A stretch of 64,000 nucleotides of DNA from a virus: positions 32,001-96,000 of the IMG/VR virus record IMGVR_UViG_3300026538_000054. One strand, given 5' to 3'. Positions 27,317-35,876 of the stretch are shown piece by piece. The translations under genes and the position numbers were made by a program. Positions within the stretch are counted from its first letter, which is position 1; the number at the start of each line of letters is the position of its first letter. Below the pieces are notes generated by a model that saw only the letters and a list, made by a program, of their open reading frames with translations, had not been told where the DNA came from and did no database searches.

Positions 27317-29029
27317 ATGCTTGCCCTTGACGATCCTGACCTGCGCGCCTTTATCGCGCGCACTGCTGCCTCGACCTACTCGCTTGGCAAGGAGGCGGTC
27401 TCCCTGGTCAAGAAGGGAGGCACGCCCGAGACGACCCACGCCCTGGCCGGCAGGCTCTACCTCTCCCGCTCGGGGTGGCTGCTGCTCAGCGTCCCCAACG
27501 CCCTGGTGCGAGGCGCCTTCGACGCCCTGGACGAGCCAGGATTGGAGCTGCCTTCGGGTCACAATGGTGGACGACTAAACTCTCACATCTCTGTTATTTC
27601 GCCCCGCGAGATGGAGAAGGCGAACCTTGACCCTGAGGCCGTGTCCGAACGCGGACACTCGTTCCACTACACCCTGGGCCCGATCCGCACGGTCAGGCCG
27701 AAGAACTGGGAAGAGATCGAGCGTGTCTGGTACATCCAGGTCAAATCGCCTGAGCTGGAGAAGTTGCGTTTGTCCTACGGTCTCTCGGCCAGGCCTAATA
27801 ACGACAAATTCGATCTGCATTGTACGATAGCGGTAAGGCGCCGAGGTGTTCTACGAAGTAATACCGAAGTCAAGAAGGAGGCTGCTACGGACAGAGCGAC
27901 GCGTGGAGAGCGCGTGTTCACCAGTATGGTCCCGCGCGCTGCGTTGGCTTACGTTCGGCGGCATGGGTTGCTGGGTGGCAAGGCCCTCATGGACCGGCCG
28001 GACGCTCTGGCCGCTGCGGCCAGCAGTAGAGGGCTTAGCACGGGCGAACTCAGGGCTGATATCCAGCGCACCCTGGACGGCTGGAAGAGGGGTGAGGCTG
28101 GCGGGCCGAATGTCTTTTTCCATCTCCCGCCTGACGAGACGCAGTTTCCGGACAATCACCCCTTCAGGAAGCATGACCTGGTGCCGGTGAGGGTTCGGTT
28201 CGACGAGCTTGTGCGCGACGCTCCGGACACCAGGGTCTACGGCATGGAGCTGGAGCCCTACGACCCTGCCAGGCACGTCACAGGCATGGAGCGGCACCGC
28301 TATCTGAAGCCTGACGAAGTGGATACCTTTCTCAGCAAGTCTCCGCGGGACCTCTGGGCCAACTACGCCGACCCTGACAAGAGCGGCTACTACGCCCCCA
28401 ACGTACCGCACGCTTCGCTGCACACGCCGGACGGCACCGTGCCGGCGAGATATCTGGACTTTCCCGATGAGCTTGATGAGGGGCCCAGGCTGCCAACGGC
28501 GCTTAGAGGCTTGAAGTCCGCGGGCGCTTCTTCACCGGTCGAGAAGGCCAAGGAGCTTCTCGCCTCCTGGGGTGATGACGCGCCGTCCATCTACCTTCAC
28601 CAGACCGACAAGAAGGCCTGGCTGATGGTCGGCGACTGGCATGAGAGCGAGTCGGTCAAGAAGTGGTGTGAGGAGCTGGAGAAAGCCCTGCCCGGCTACG
28701 AACTACAGTGCGAGAGCGAGGCCCAGCCCGTGTCCGTGAAACCAGGGAAAGAGAAGGACGGCTGGCTGCGTGTGAAGACCGCTGCCGAGGTGCTGGGCCT
28801 CAGGGTCACCCGTGTCGCTCTTGGCCTGCCACATGCTCTTGCTTGTTTGAGCGGGTGCAGCGAATCGCCCGCCCAGGAAGACAAACCGCCCGACATCTAC
28901 GACAAGACGGAGGCGTTGAAGCACCCGACCACCGCGGCGGATGAGCCACCGCCACCGGCCGACGAAGACGAGTCGCCCGCCGAAGAGCTCTTTGAGGACC
29001 TCGAAGACCTTGACGACGCTGTGAGATAA
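27317..29029 (+). CDS. Multidomain protein: 2H phosphoesterase plus possible ADP-ribosyltransferase-like domain
   Basis: HISV (27584) and HCTI (27818) 2H motifs; second region YVRRHGLLG...NVFF...GTVPARYL is ART-like (weaker). Confidence 0.7.
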   Translation: MLALDDPDLRAFIARTAASTYSLGKEAVSLVKKGGTPETTHALAGRLYLSRSGWLLLSVPNALVRGAFDALDEPGLELPSGHNGGRLNSHISVISPREMEKANLDPEAVSERGHSFHYTLGPIRTVRPKNWEEIERVWYIQVKSPELEKLRLSYGLSARPNNDKFDLHCTIAVRRRGVLRSNTEVKKEAATDRATRGERVFTSMVPRAALAYVRRHGLLGGKALMDRPDALAAAASSRGLSTGELRADIQRTLDGWKRGEAGGPNVFFHLPPDETQFPDNHPFRKHDLVPVRVRFDELVRDAPDTRVYGMELEPYDPARHVTGMERHRYLKPDEVDTFLSKSPRDLWANYADPDKSGYYAPNVPHASLHTPDGTVPARYLDFPDELDEGPRLPTALRGLKSAGASSPVEKAKELLASWGDDAPSIYLHQTDKKAWLMVGDWHESESVKKWCEELEKALPGYELQCESEAQPVSVKPGKEKDGWLRVKTAAEVLGLRVTRVALGLPHALACLSGCSESPAQEDKPPDIYDKTEALKHPTTAADEPPPPADEDESPAEELFEDLEDLDDAVR

Positions 29030-29051
29030 GCGAGTTCTTTTACGGCCTCGG

Positions 29052-29163
29052 CAACAAGGCCGCCAGAGAGGCCTGCGTGTAGGATAGCGACCGGAAACTG
29101 TTTTCCGGAAAAGATTGGCTTCCCTCGCTAGTCTACACACAGGCCTCTCTGGCGGCCTTGTTG
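29052..29163. repeat. 31-bp inverted repeat enclosing TTTTCCGGAAAA
   Basis: CAACAAGGCCGCCAGAGAGGCCTGCGTGTAG / CTACACACAGGCCTCTCTGGCGGCCTTGTTG. Confidence 0.75.
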
Positions 29164-29207
29164 TCAGGAACGGAAAAGCAGCTTACGGTGCTGCTACGAT
29201 GACCGCT

Positions 29208-29315
29208 AGACCAAAGCCCTCCGCAATGGGCTAAAAGCTGCGACGGAGGCGGGAATACGCGACGACGCGACGTTCTACTTGCCAAAGCCCTCTGTAGCGG
29301 GCTAAAAGCTGCAAT
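29208..29315 (+). CRISPR. Mini-array: repeat, 34-bp spacer, repeat
   Basis: Repeats 29208-29244 and 29279-29315. Confidence 0.8.
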
Positions 29316-29393
29316 GTTAGGTGGCGCCTGTGTGGCCTTCCCGGCGGCCCGGTTGCCAGGGACGGAAAAGATCGACTCTAGAGGGGCACGCTC

Positions 29394-29993
29394 GTGAAGT
29401 CGCATCACGCTCCGGTCGTCATGGTCCCTGTCGGTGGCGAGGACGCTCCTGTGTGCCCGCACTGCGGCCAGGTCATCTCTCCTCAGGACGTCTACCGAGA
29501 CAAGCGTGGTTGGACGTTTCACCGTCCTTGCTTCCGCGCCGGCAAGGGCTCGGTGCTCCTGGAAGAGCCAAGGCCTTCCGGCCTTCCCTCCCTGGAGAAA
29601 GAGGCCAGCAATCCGTCTCTGGCCAGGCCCAGAGCGTTGAACGCGCTGGACGACACGGACAGGGTGCGTCGAAACCTGCTCACGCTTGGCTCAGCACAGC
29701 CGCCGGGCACTCTGCCTTCCGCACCGAGTTTTCTCACCCCTGGAGTGGTTCTTCCCGCTGCCGGCGCTGCGGGAGGCGCTCTGCTCTCAGGCGGCGATGA
29801 GGACGAAGAGGCGGAACGACGCATCCCGGCCAGGCTGCGCGGGGCGCTTCGCGGTATTGCGACCGGAGGCGGTGCCGCGCTGGGGCAGCACCTGGCCGGC
29901 GAGGCGACAGGTGGTGACCTGGGCTCTCGCGCGGGCGGCGGCCTTGCAGGGGGCGCCCTGGCCCTTCTTCTTTCCAGGGCGATACCGAAATGA
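29394..29993 (+). CDS. Zn-finger plus glycine-zipper protein
   Basis: CPHC...HRPC; EKEA motif. Confidence 0.55.
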   Translation: MKSHHAPVVMVPVGGEDAPVCPHCGQVISPQDVYRDKRGWTFHRPCFRAGKGSVLLEEPRPSGLPSLEKEASNPSLARPRALNALDDTDRVRRNLLTLGSAQPPGTLPSAPSFLTPGVVLPAAGAAGGALLSGGDEDEEAERRIPARLRGALRGIATGGGAALGQHLAGEATGGDLGSRAGGGLAGGALALLLSRAIPK

Positions 29994-30020
29994 GACCAGC
30001 ACAGGTGCTCATTCCGACCA

Positions 30021-30060
30021 GCTAAAAAACGACCGAAAAGGTGTCAATATCTCTTGCCGC
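30021..30060 (+). promoter_or_regulatory. Bipartite phage promoter-like motif
   Basis: GCTAAA-15nt-TGTCAATATCTCTTGCCGC. Confidence 0.7.
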
Positions 30061-30105
30061 CGGTCTATCTCAGGCCGGCTTTTTCGTTTCATGCAAGAGG
30101 TGGAC

Positions 30106-30531
30106 ATGATCTTCCTGGACCGATCCGCGCTGGACCACGTCAAGTTCGCCCGCGTCATCGCTGTTCACAGGATCGTCCCGCCGGTCTATGAAGAGATTAG
30201 CGAGGGCCGTGTAACCTCCACGGGCTACCGCGTGGAGTGGCAGTCCTTCCGGGCCTCGGTGCTCCGGGGAGAACAGCCCGCTCCGCCCGAGGGCTGGCGG
30301 CCCCTCTGGGCGCGTCTGGTCGAGAAGATACGCCGGGCCCTGGCCTCCTCCGAGGCGCACGAGGCCGTCGCCCAACTGGTCTACGAAAGCGGCCTGGAGC
30401 GACTGGATGGCCCCCTGGTCGCTCCGCCTGCCGATCCCGACGAAGAGGCGCAGGGCCTCTTCGCCTGCGCCATCGCCGACCGGCCGTCCCACGGCCCCGT
30501 GGAGGCCCTGCGGAAGTTGATCTGGGCCTGA
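30106..30531 (+). CDS. Hypothetical protein
   Basis: GAGG RBS, follows promoter motif. Confidence 0.55.
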   Translation: MIFLDRSALDHVKFARVIAVHRIVPPVYEEISEGRVTSTGYRVEWQSFRASVLRGEQPAPPEGWRPLWARLVEKIRRALASSEAHEAVAQLVYESGLERLDGPLVAPPADPDEEAQGLFACAIADRPSHGPVEALRKLIWA

Positions 30532-30546
30532 TAGGAGAAGTAGCAC

Positions 30547-31338
30547 GTGCCCGAAGAGGAATGGCTGCTGCCCGTCGGGGCGCTGGAGAAGCTGAACTAC
30601 GTGTCGCCGAAGTCATCGTTCAGGAAGCTGCGACTCTTCGCCTGCGCGTGCTTTGCCGCAGTGGACATTCCTCTGTGCGAGGCGGAAGAGAGCCAGATCG
30701 ACTTCGGCGAACAGGCCGCGGAGTCGCCGAATACCTGCTTCGGCATCAATATGCGATTCGAGTGGCTCGCCTGGCGCGAGGCGAACAACAAGCCGACAGG
30801 AGGTACACAACTACCGTGCATCCATGATGATCCGCTTAGCGCCGCGGAAGAGTCGCTTTTCGATTCCGCCTCCCTTGTCGCAGCCGTGCTGGATTGCCCA
30901 GCGACTGGCCACCTGTACGCCGAGAAGATTACCTCCAGGCTCAGGTCCCTGGTGTGGGACCTCTTCGGCAACCCGTTCCGGCCCGTGGAGATCAGGAAGA
31001 AGTGCCGGCGTTGTGCAGGCGTCGGCAGGTACAAGACAGTCGTCTATGTCGGCGACGGGAAAAGCGGGAGGATGGATCGCCACTGCCAGGCCTGCCGGGG
31101 CGTCGGGTGGTTTCAGCCTGACTGGCGCTCCTCTCGCGTGATCTCTCTGGCACAGCCGGCCTACGACGAGCGACTCCCTTCAAGAGAACTGGACACGGCA
31201 CGGCTCTTTGTCCTCTCCGACGCCATGGAGGAAGAGGCCGACGCGAGCCTTGATATCAGACTGCTCGAGCACCTACGCTCACCAGGGCCGCACTACCGCG
31301 GGTGCTGGGCCCTGGACCTCATCCTGGGAAAGGAGTGA
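30547..31338 (+). CDS. Gemmata-type expanded family protein (RKLRLFAC...GNPFRP...GCWALDL) with DnaJ-like CxxCxGxG insert
   Basis: Family motifs visible in translation. Confidence 0.75.
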   Translation: MPEEEWLLPVGALEKLNYVSPKSSFRKLRLFACACFAAVDIPLCEAEESQIDFGEQAAESPNTCFGINMRFEWLAWREANNKPTGGTQLPCIHDDPLSAAEESLFDSASLVAAVLDCPATGHLYAEKITSRLRSLVWDLFGNPFRPVEIRKKCRRCAGVGRYKTVVYVGDGKSGRMDRHCQACRGVGWFQPDWRSSRVISLAQPAYDERLPSRELDTARLFVLSDAMEEEADASLDIRLLEHLRSPGPHYRGCWALDLILGKE

Positions 31339-31344
31339 TTTCTT

Positions 31345-31992
31345 GTGACCGAGCAGGAATGGCTGAATAGCAACAACCCTCATGCGATGTTGGTCTGGAT
31401 GAAGCAAGAGGGGCGGGCTGTTAGCCTGCGCACGTTGCGGCTGTTTGCCGCGGGCTGTGCGAGGAACGTCAATCCGCCTCGCGGAAGCAGCCTTATCGCC
31501 CAGGGCTTGAGCGTGGCGGAGCGTTACGCCGACCGTCAGGCCACCGCTCGTGAGCTTGCAAACGCCTCGCTTCAAATGCCCAAGGGCTGTATCCAGGGTA
31601 GGGCCCTGTGGGGCAATAGAGAACTGTGGGCGGGAGTGGAGGACATTCTGTGGTATCGCAGCTCAATGGGGCTGATGGACGCCTTCTTGTTGCGGGATCT
31701 GGTTGGCAATCCGTTCAGGCCCTGGTTGAGCGAGCCCGCGACGGTGAACGAACTTGATGCCCGTCCCGGCGCGCAGATTTTTCTTTACCGCTGGTCGCAC
31801 GCCAACGACCATCTGGCCTGGTGCCTGGCGGATGTTTGTTACGAGAAGAACGACTGGAGGTCCTTGCCCGTCATCGCTGACGCCCTCGAGGACAACGGCT
31901 GCGAGGCCGCAGACGTCCTGACGCACCTTCGGTCCCCCGGCCCTCACGCCAGGGGATGCTGGGCCCTGGACCTGGTCCTTGGAAAGTGGTGA
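31345..31992 (+). CDS. Gemmata-type expanded family protein
   Basis: TEQEWL, LRLFAAGC, GNPFRP, ADALEDNGC, HARGCWALDLVLGK. Confidence 0.8.
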   Translation: MTEQEWLNSNNPHAMLVWMKQEGRAVSLRTLRLFAAGCARNVNPPRGSSLIAQGLSVAERYADRQATARELANASLQMPKGCIQGRALWGNRELWAGVEDILWYRSSMGLMDAFLLRDLVGNPFRPWLSEPATVNELDARPGAQIFLYRWSHANDHLAWCLADVCYEKNDWRSLPVIADALEDNGCEAADVLTHLRSPGPHARGCWALDLVLGKW

Positions 31993-32027
31993 GAGAGAGG
32001 CGCGCAAGCGCCCTCTTTTTTTAGCTG

Positions 32028-32267
32028 TCAGCCCACGTGCTCAAGACCCAGCTCTCGACGGAAGAACTCTCGCGCCCAGTCCAGGCTGCTTTGCCGCATC
32101 GCCAGGACCTCAGCTTCGCTTTTTCCCTGCGCGCGCATGGCCGTGCCGAGGGCCATGTCCCAGAGCATGGCCAGCTTTATGGCCTCGATGTGCTGTTCTC
32201 TCCGTGGTAGCAAGGCCGTCTTTGTCAGCCAGTCCTTGAGGTCTTTGAACTTCGTTTCTTCTTGCAT
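32028..32267 (-). CDS. Hypothetical protein
   Basis: ORF ending at a hairpin. Confidence 0.45.
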   Translation of the reverse strand: MQEETKFKDLKDWLTKTALLPRREQHIEAIKLAMLWDMALGTAMRAQGKSEAEVLAMRQSSLDWAREFFRRELGLEHVG

Positions 32268-32325
32268 GATTCGCCGAACCTTTCTCCAGGGATAATCAGG
32301 CAGCCCGCCCTCGGGAGACAAGCCA

Positions 32326-33633
32326 ATGCCGGCTGACCCGATTCTTCTTGATAGCGTGGCCTCGGCCACGCAGCCTTTCACCGGAAGACGAGTCCTAGAG
32401 GACCTGCTCCGTGCCAAGGCCGAGTCCGACCGAAAGAACTACCCCGCCAAGCACGCCATTCTTCGCAGGCTCATCAGGCAGTCACCGGATGATTTCGCCA
32501 CCGACAGCGAGGATGCGAACTTCTACGGCCTGACTCATCTTCCTACGCGCTTCCGGGTCCATATGCCCAAGGGGGCCATCCCGGACAACGTGGTCCTCAA
32601 GAAGGCCGAGAGCGCTGTTACCAATGAGCTCGAGGTACTGGACCGTCTCGACGAGCTGCTGGACGACCACGGAGACAAAGTTCTCGCCCTGAAAGACGCC
32701 GCCTGGTCCCTGCCCGCCCTGGCCCATAACGAGCACGATCTCAACTACGACCTCAAGACCGGCAAGTTGCTCGTCCATGCCCCTGGCCTCTCTCGCACGG
32801 AGCTGGCTCCCCTGGCCAAGATCGCTTCCTTGCAGTTCTTGCAGGGGCCCTGCGTTCGTGCCGGTAAGGACGAAGTGGCCCACATCAAGCGCTCGTATAG
32901 CCCGACGGCCAGGGCGGTAACGGACCTGCTCCATTTCACCGACGGGCCTGTGAACACCTTCACCGGCGGTGCCAACCCGATGGCCGCCTCTCTTCTCGGC
33001 GGACTGGCCGGAGCTGGGATGGGTTACGCCGGCGGCGCCGCCGTTGAACAATTAGGTGGCGGCCACCTGCAGAAGAAGCGATTGCGCAGGGCCCTGGCTG
33101 CCCTGGGAGGAGCGGTCGGTGCCTCTCCCGGCGCTTACTGGGGCTGGCACTCGCTTGCGCAACAAGGCCCGCCGGGTTGGTTGCCGCCGGATGACTCGCT
33201 CGTCAAGCTCGCCCAGGCCCTGCGCGAGCTTCTTCCCGACGTCAGGCCGAGAGAGGCCTTCTGCAAGAAGTCCGACACCGGCGCCCTCTTCGAGGGACAG
33301 GGCCTCCAGGCCGCCATTCCGGTGGACGGTTTCAACAACGTGGTCTGGTCGGCGCAGGACCCGTTCACGCCGCCATCTCTTCGCTCGGCCGCCGCCGGCC
33401 TGATACAAACAGCCTCCTTGTCCAGGGGAGGCAGCCCCGTGGTGACGCCCTACGACATCGCCCGTCTAGGCGTGGGGATGGGCTCCGGTCTTGCTTCGGG
33501 CTGGGTGGCGGGCCGTGTGCTCGGCGCTCTGGCAGGACTAAGCCCTGAGGCGCAACAAGGCCTGCAACGCGCCGGTATGTGGGCCGGCGTTCTTCGCGCC
33601 GTGGTGCCGCCCGTCTACGGTCAGGATCGTTAA
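32326..33633 (+). CDS. Putative virion protein with glycine zippers
   Basis: KKAE/KIAS/KLAQ motifs, GxxxG segments. Confidence 0.55.
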   Translation: MPADPILLDSVASATQPFTGRRVLEDLLRAKAESDRKNYPAKHAILRRLIRQSPDDFATDSEDANFYGLTHLPTRFRVHMPKGAIPDNVVLKKAESAVTNELEVLDRLDELLDDHGDKVLALKDAAWSLPALAHNEHDLNYDLKTGKLLVHAPGLSRTELAPLAKIASLQFLQGPCVRAGKDEVAHIKRSYSPTARAVTDLLHFTDGPVNTFTGGANPMAASLLGGLAGAGMGYAGGAAVEQLGGGHLQKKRLRRALAALGGAVGASPGAYWGWHSLAQQGPPGWLPPDDSLVKLAQALRELLPDVRPREAFCKKSDTGALFEGQGLQAAIPVDGFNNVVWSAQDPFTPPSLRSAAAGLIQTASLSRGGSPVVTPYDIARLGVGMGSGLASGWVAGRVLGALAGLSPEAQQGLQRAGMWAGVLRAVVPPVYGQDR

Positions 33634-33667
33634 CTGACCTACCACGAGTTACCATGTTCGGCTGTAC

Positions 33668-33698
33668 AAGCCCTCTGCGGCGGGCTGAAAGCTGCGAA
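33668..33698 (+). repeat. Solitary CRISPR-like repeat in 5' UTR of 33721
   Basis: AAGCCCTCTGCGGCGGGCTGAAAGCTGCGAA. Confidence 0.8.
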
Positions 33699-33720
33699 TA
33701 CCGGTAGATGAGCCTGACAC

Positions 33721-34101
33721 GTGGCCGGCAAACTTTCTCACAAGGTTGGCAAGCGCTACAAGTTCCGCCAGACGGAGTTCTGGGCGGAGAACGGCAGCAT
33801 CAAGCAGTTGGACCACCGCAAGGGACCTGAGCCTGATTACACGGTGGTCAGCGTCAGGGACATGCTCTTGCGCGCTCGGGCCCTCAACGAACAGGCCAAG
33901 CGCATGACCTATGCCGACGAGCGGATGGCGCACATCAAGCTCGTCGAGGACATCATCGCCTGCTGCAAGGAGGCCAGGGCGCAGGGAGACCCGTTTGTCG
34001 AGAGCACGTTCCAGGACATCCGGAACATGCGCGACAAGCACCTGCTTCTTCCCGGCCAAAACATCCAGGCCAGCAACTTTGTCATCCAGAGGCCCAAATG
34101 A
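33721..34101 (+). CDS. Hypothetical protein
   Basis: Coupled operon upstream of RNAP. Confidence 0.65.
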   Translation: MAGKLSHKVGKRYKFRQTEFWAENGSIKQLDHRKGPEPDYTVVSVRDMLLRARALNEQAKRMTYADERMAHIKLVEDIIACCKEARAQGDPFVESTFQDIRNMRDKHLLLPGQNIQASNFVIQRPK

Positions 34102-34520
34102 CGGACCGAGAGGCCTTCCGGCTCGGCTTTTATCTGCGCTGCGCGGAAGAGGGCCTCTCTCCCTTTGAGGCCGACCGTGTGGCTGCGGCCCCGCGCGTGA
34201 TGGAGAAAGCGGCCCTGCTACCACTGCTTGGCGCGGGCGCTTTGGCCACGGCGGCTGCGGTGCCTGCCTTTGCCCCGGCCATCGGGACGGGCGCTGGCCT
34301 TCTGGGAGGGGCCGCTCTGGCTGTTCCTCCTGCTCTGGGCTATGCGGGCGGTGTCCTGGGCGCCAAGGCGATGGATGGTACTTTGTTCAGCACTTATGAC
34401 AGCGAAGACCCTGTGATCGAGTCGGCCAAGAAGCGCGAGCTGGCCGACGAGTACCGTCGGCTGGCCGACAGGATCAAGAGGACCACGCGCAGGAGGCGGC
34501 TGCGCGCCGGCGAGCCATGA
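34098..34520 (+). CDS. Putative virion/membrane protein
   Basis: AFRLGF...EKAA, glycine-rich hydrophobic stretch. Confidence 0.6.
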   Translation: MTDREAFRLGFYLRCAEEGLSPFEADRVAAAPRVMEKAALLPLLGAGALATAAAVPAFAPAIGTGAGLLGGAALAVPPALGYAGGVLGAKAMDGTLFSTYDSEDPVIESAKKRELADEYRRLADRIKRTTRRRRLRAGEP

Positions 34521-34897
34521 CCACGCTCTGGGACCACTTCAAGGTCGGCAAGGACAAGGAACAGCACGGCGGCGAGCTTTTCTTCAACGAGAGGCTTTTC
34601 GGCCCCGTCCCGTACCGCGGGACCAAGCTGTCACCGGCCATCACGCAGGATGATGTAGACCTCCTGGAGACCCGGCCGTCCGGCAAGGTCAAGAAGTTTG
34701 ATCTCTCGGACCCGGCGCAGCTCGAGGAATACGAGCTCATCATCCATCGGGCTTGCATCGGCTGGTACAAGGTGCTTTTCCGCGAGCGGCAGTTCGACCC
34801 CGAGAAGAAGGACTGGCTGGTCCTTTGCGAGTGGTGCCAGCTCTACCAAGAAGCGCCGCCGCACCTGAGAGATGCGCTGGAGGGCGTTCATGGTTAG
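34517..34897 (+). CDS. Hypothetical protein
   Basis: Coupled operon. Confidence 0.65.
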   Translation: MTTLWDHFKVGKDKEQHGGELFFNERLFGPVPYRGTKLSPAITQDDVDLLETRPSGKVKKFDLSDPAQLEEYELIIHRACIGWYKVLFRERQFDPEKKDWLVLCEWCQLYQEAPPHLRDALEGVHG

Positions 34898-35870
34898 CTC
34901 CCTGATGTCCCACTTCGCCAAGAGGGCCAACGGCAACCCTGCGACGCCGGCCACGCCGACCGGCGTCAGGGCCATTGATCCCGGCACGGAGCCCTACCCG
35001 ACCAACAACCCGGTCGAGGACCACTACGGCAGGCAGGAAGTAGCCGACGCTCTCAAGGGCATCGGCCTGCTGGGGGCCGTCGGGCTGGGGACCGGCGCGA
35101 TGGCCGGCGGCGTGAAGGGCCTGTCTCGCTGGATGGCGCTCCCCTACGATCAGCCGTCCTACGCCGCCCTTGACCGGGAGATGGAGCTGCCCGTGAAGAG
35201 AAGGAAGCGCGCTCCTCGTTCTTTCTCCAAGTACGCCGGCGAAGCGAGCACCTCTCTGCTTGACGCCCTCAAGAGACCAGGTCCTTCGTACCCGGGGCCA
35301 GGCGCCTGGGCGAAGGGATGGCACCTGGTCAACAAGTACCCCTGGGTCGGCCCGGCGGGCGTCATGGCCGGCCTCGGTGGGACCGCCGCTGGTTATCTCG
35401 GGGCCAACAAGCTGGTGGGCCAGCGAGCCACCGAGGACGATGACCAGGAAGTCGAAGATGCGCGAGCTGAGTATGAGAAGGCCCTGTTAGCGCAACAAGG
35501 TGCGAAGAAACAGGCGGGGTCGGCTTCCACCATCGACGAGCTTTACGAGGGGTGGGCCGCCAAGGAGGCTGGCCTTTCTGACTTACCAGAACTGGGGCGC
35601 GGGTTACGCGACACGGCCAGGTTCCTGTCCAGTGCCTCGCCTCTTTCCCTGGCGGCCACCTACGCCATCCCTGCTGCGGCTGGCTTCGGTCTTCTTGGCT
35701 ACCTGGGTACGCGCAAGCACAACCAGCACATCGTCAACACCGCCCTGAAGAGACGAGCCGCTATGAGGGCGATGGCCTCTCCGCCCGAGATCCACCTCAC
35801 CCCTGTCGACGTCGGCGATGAGGAGGACGAAGAAGGGCCTCCCGCTTCCCCCAGGGCCCTGAGGCGCTGA
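34890..35870 (+). CDS. Putative virion protein with glycine zippers
   Basis: KRAN/KYAG/KQAG/KEAG motifs. Confidence 0.6.
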   Translation: MVSSLMSHFAKRANGNPATPATPTGVRAIDPGTEPYPTNNPVEDHYGRQEVADALKGIGLLGAVGLGTGAMAGGVKGLSRWMALPYDQPSYAALDREMELPVKRRKRAPRSFSKYAGEASTSLLDALKRPGPSYPGPGAWAKGWHLVNKYPWVGPAGVMAGLGGTAAGYLGANKLVGQRATEDDDQEVEDARAEYEKALLAQQGAKKQAGSASTIDELYEGWAAKEAGLSDLPELGRGLRDTARFLSSASPLSLAATYAIPAAAGFGLLGYLGTRKHNQHIVNTALKRRAAMRAMASPPEIHLTPVDVGDEEDEEGPPASPRALRR

Positions 35871-35876
35871 CAACGC

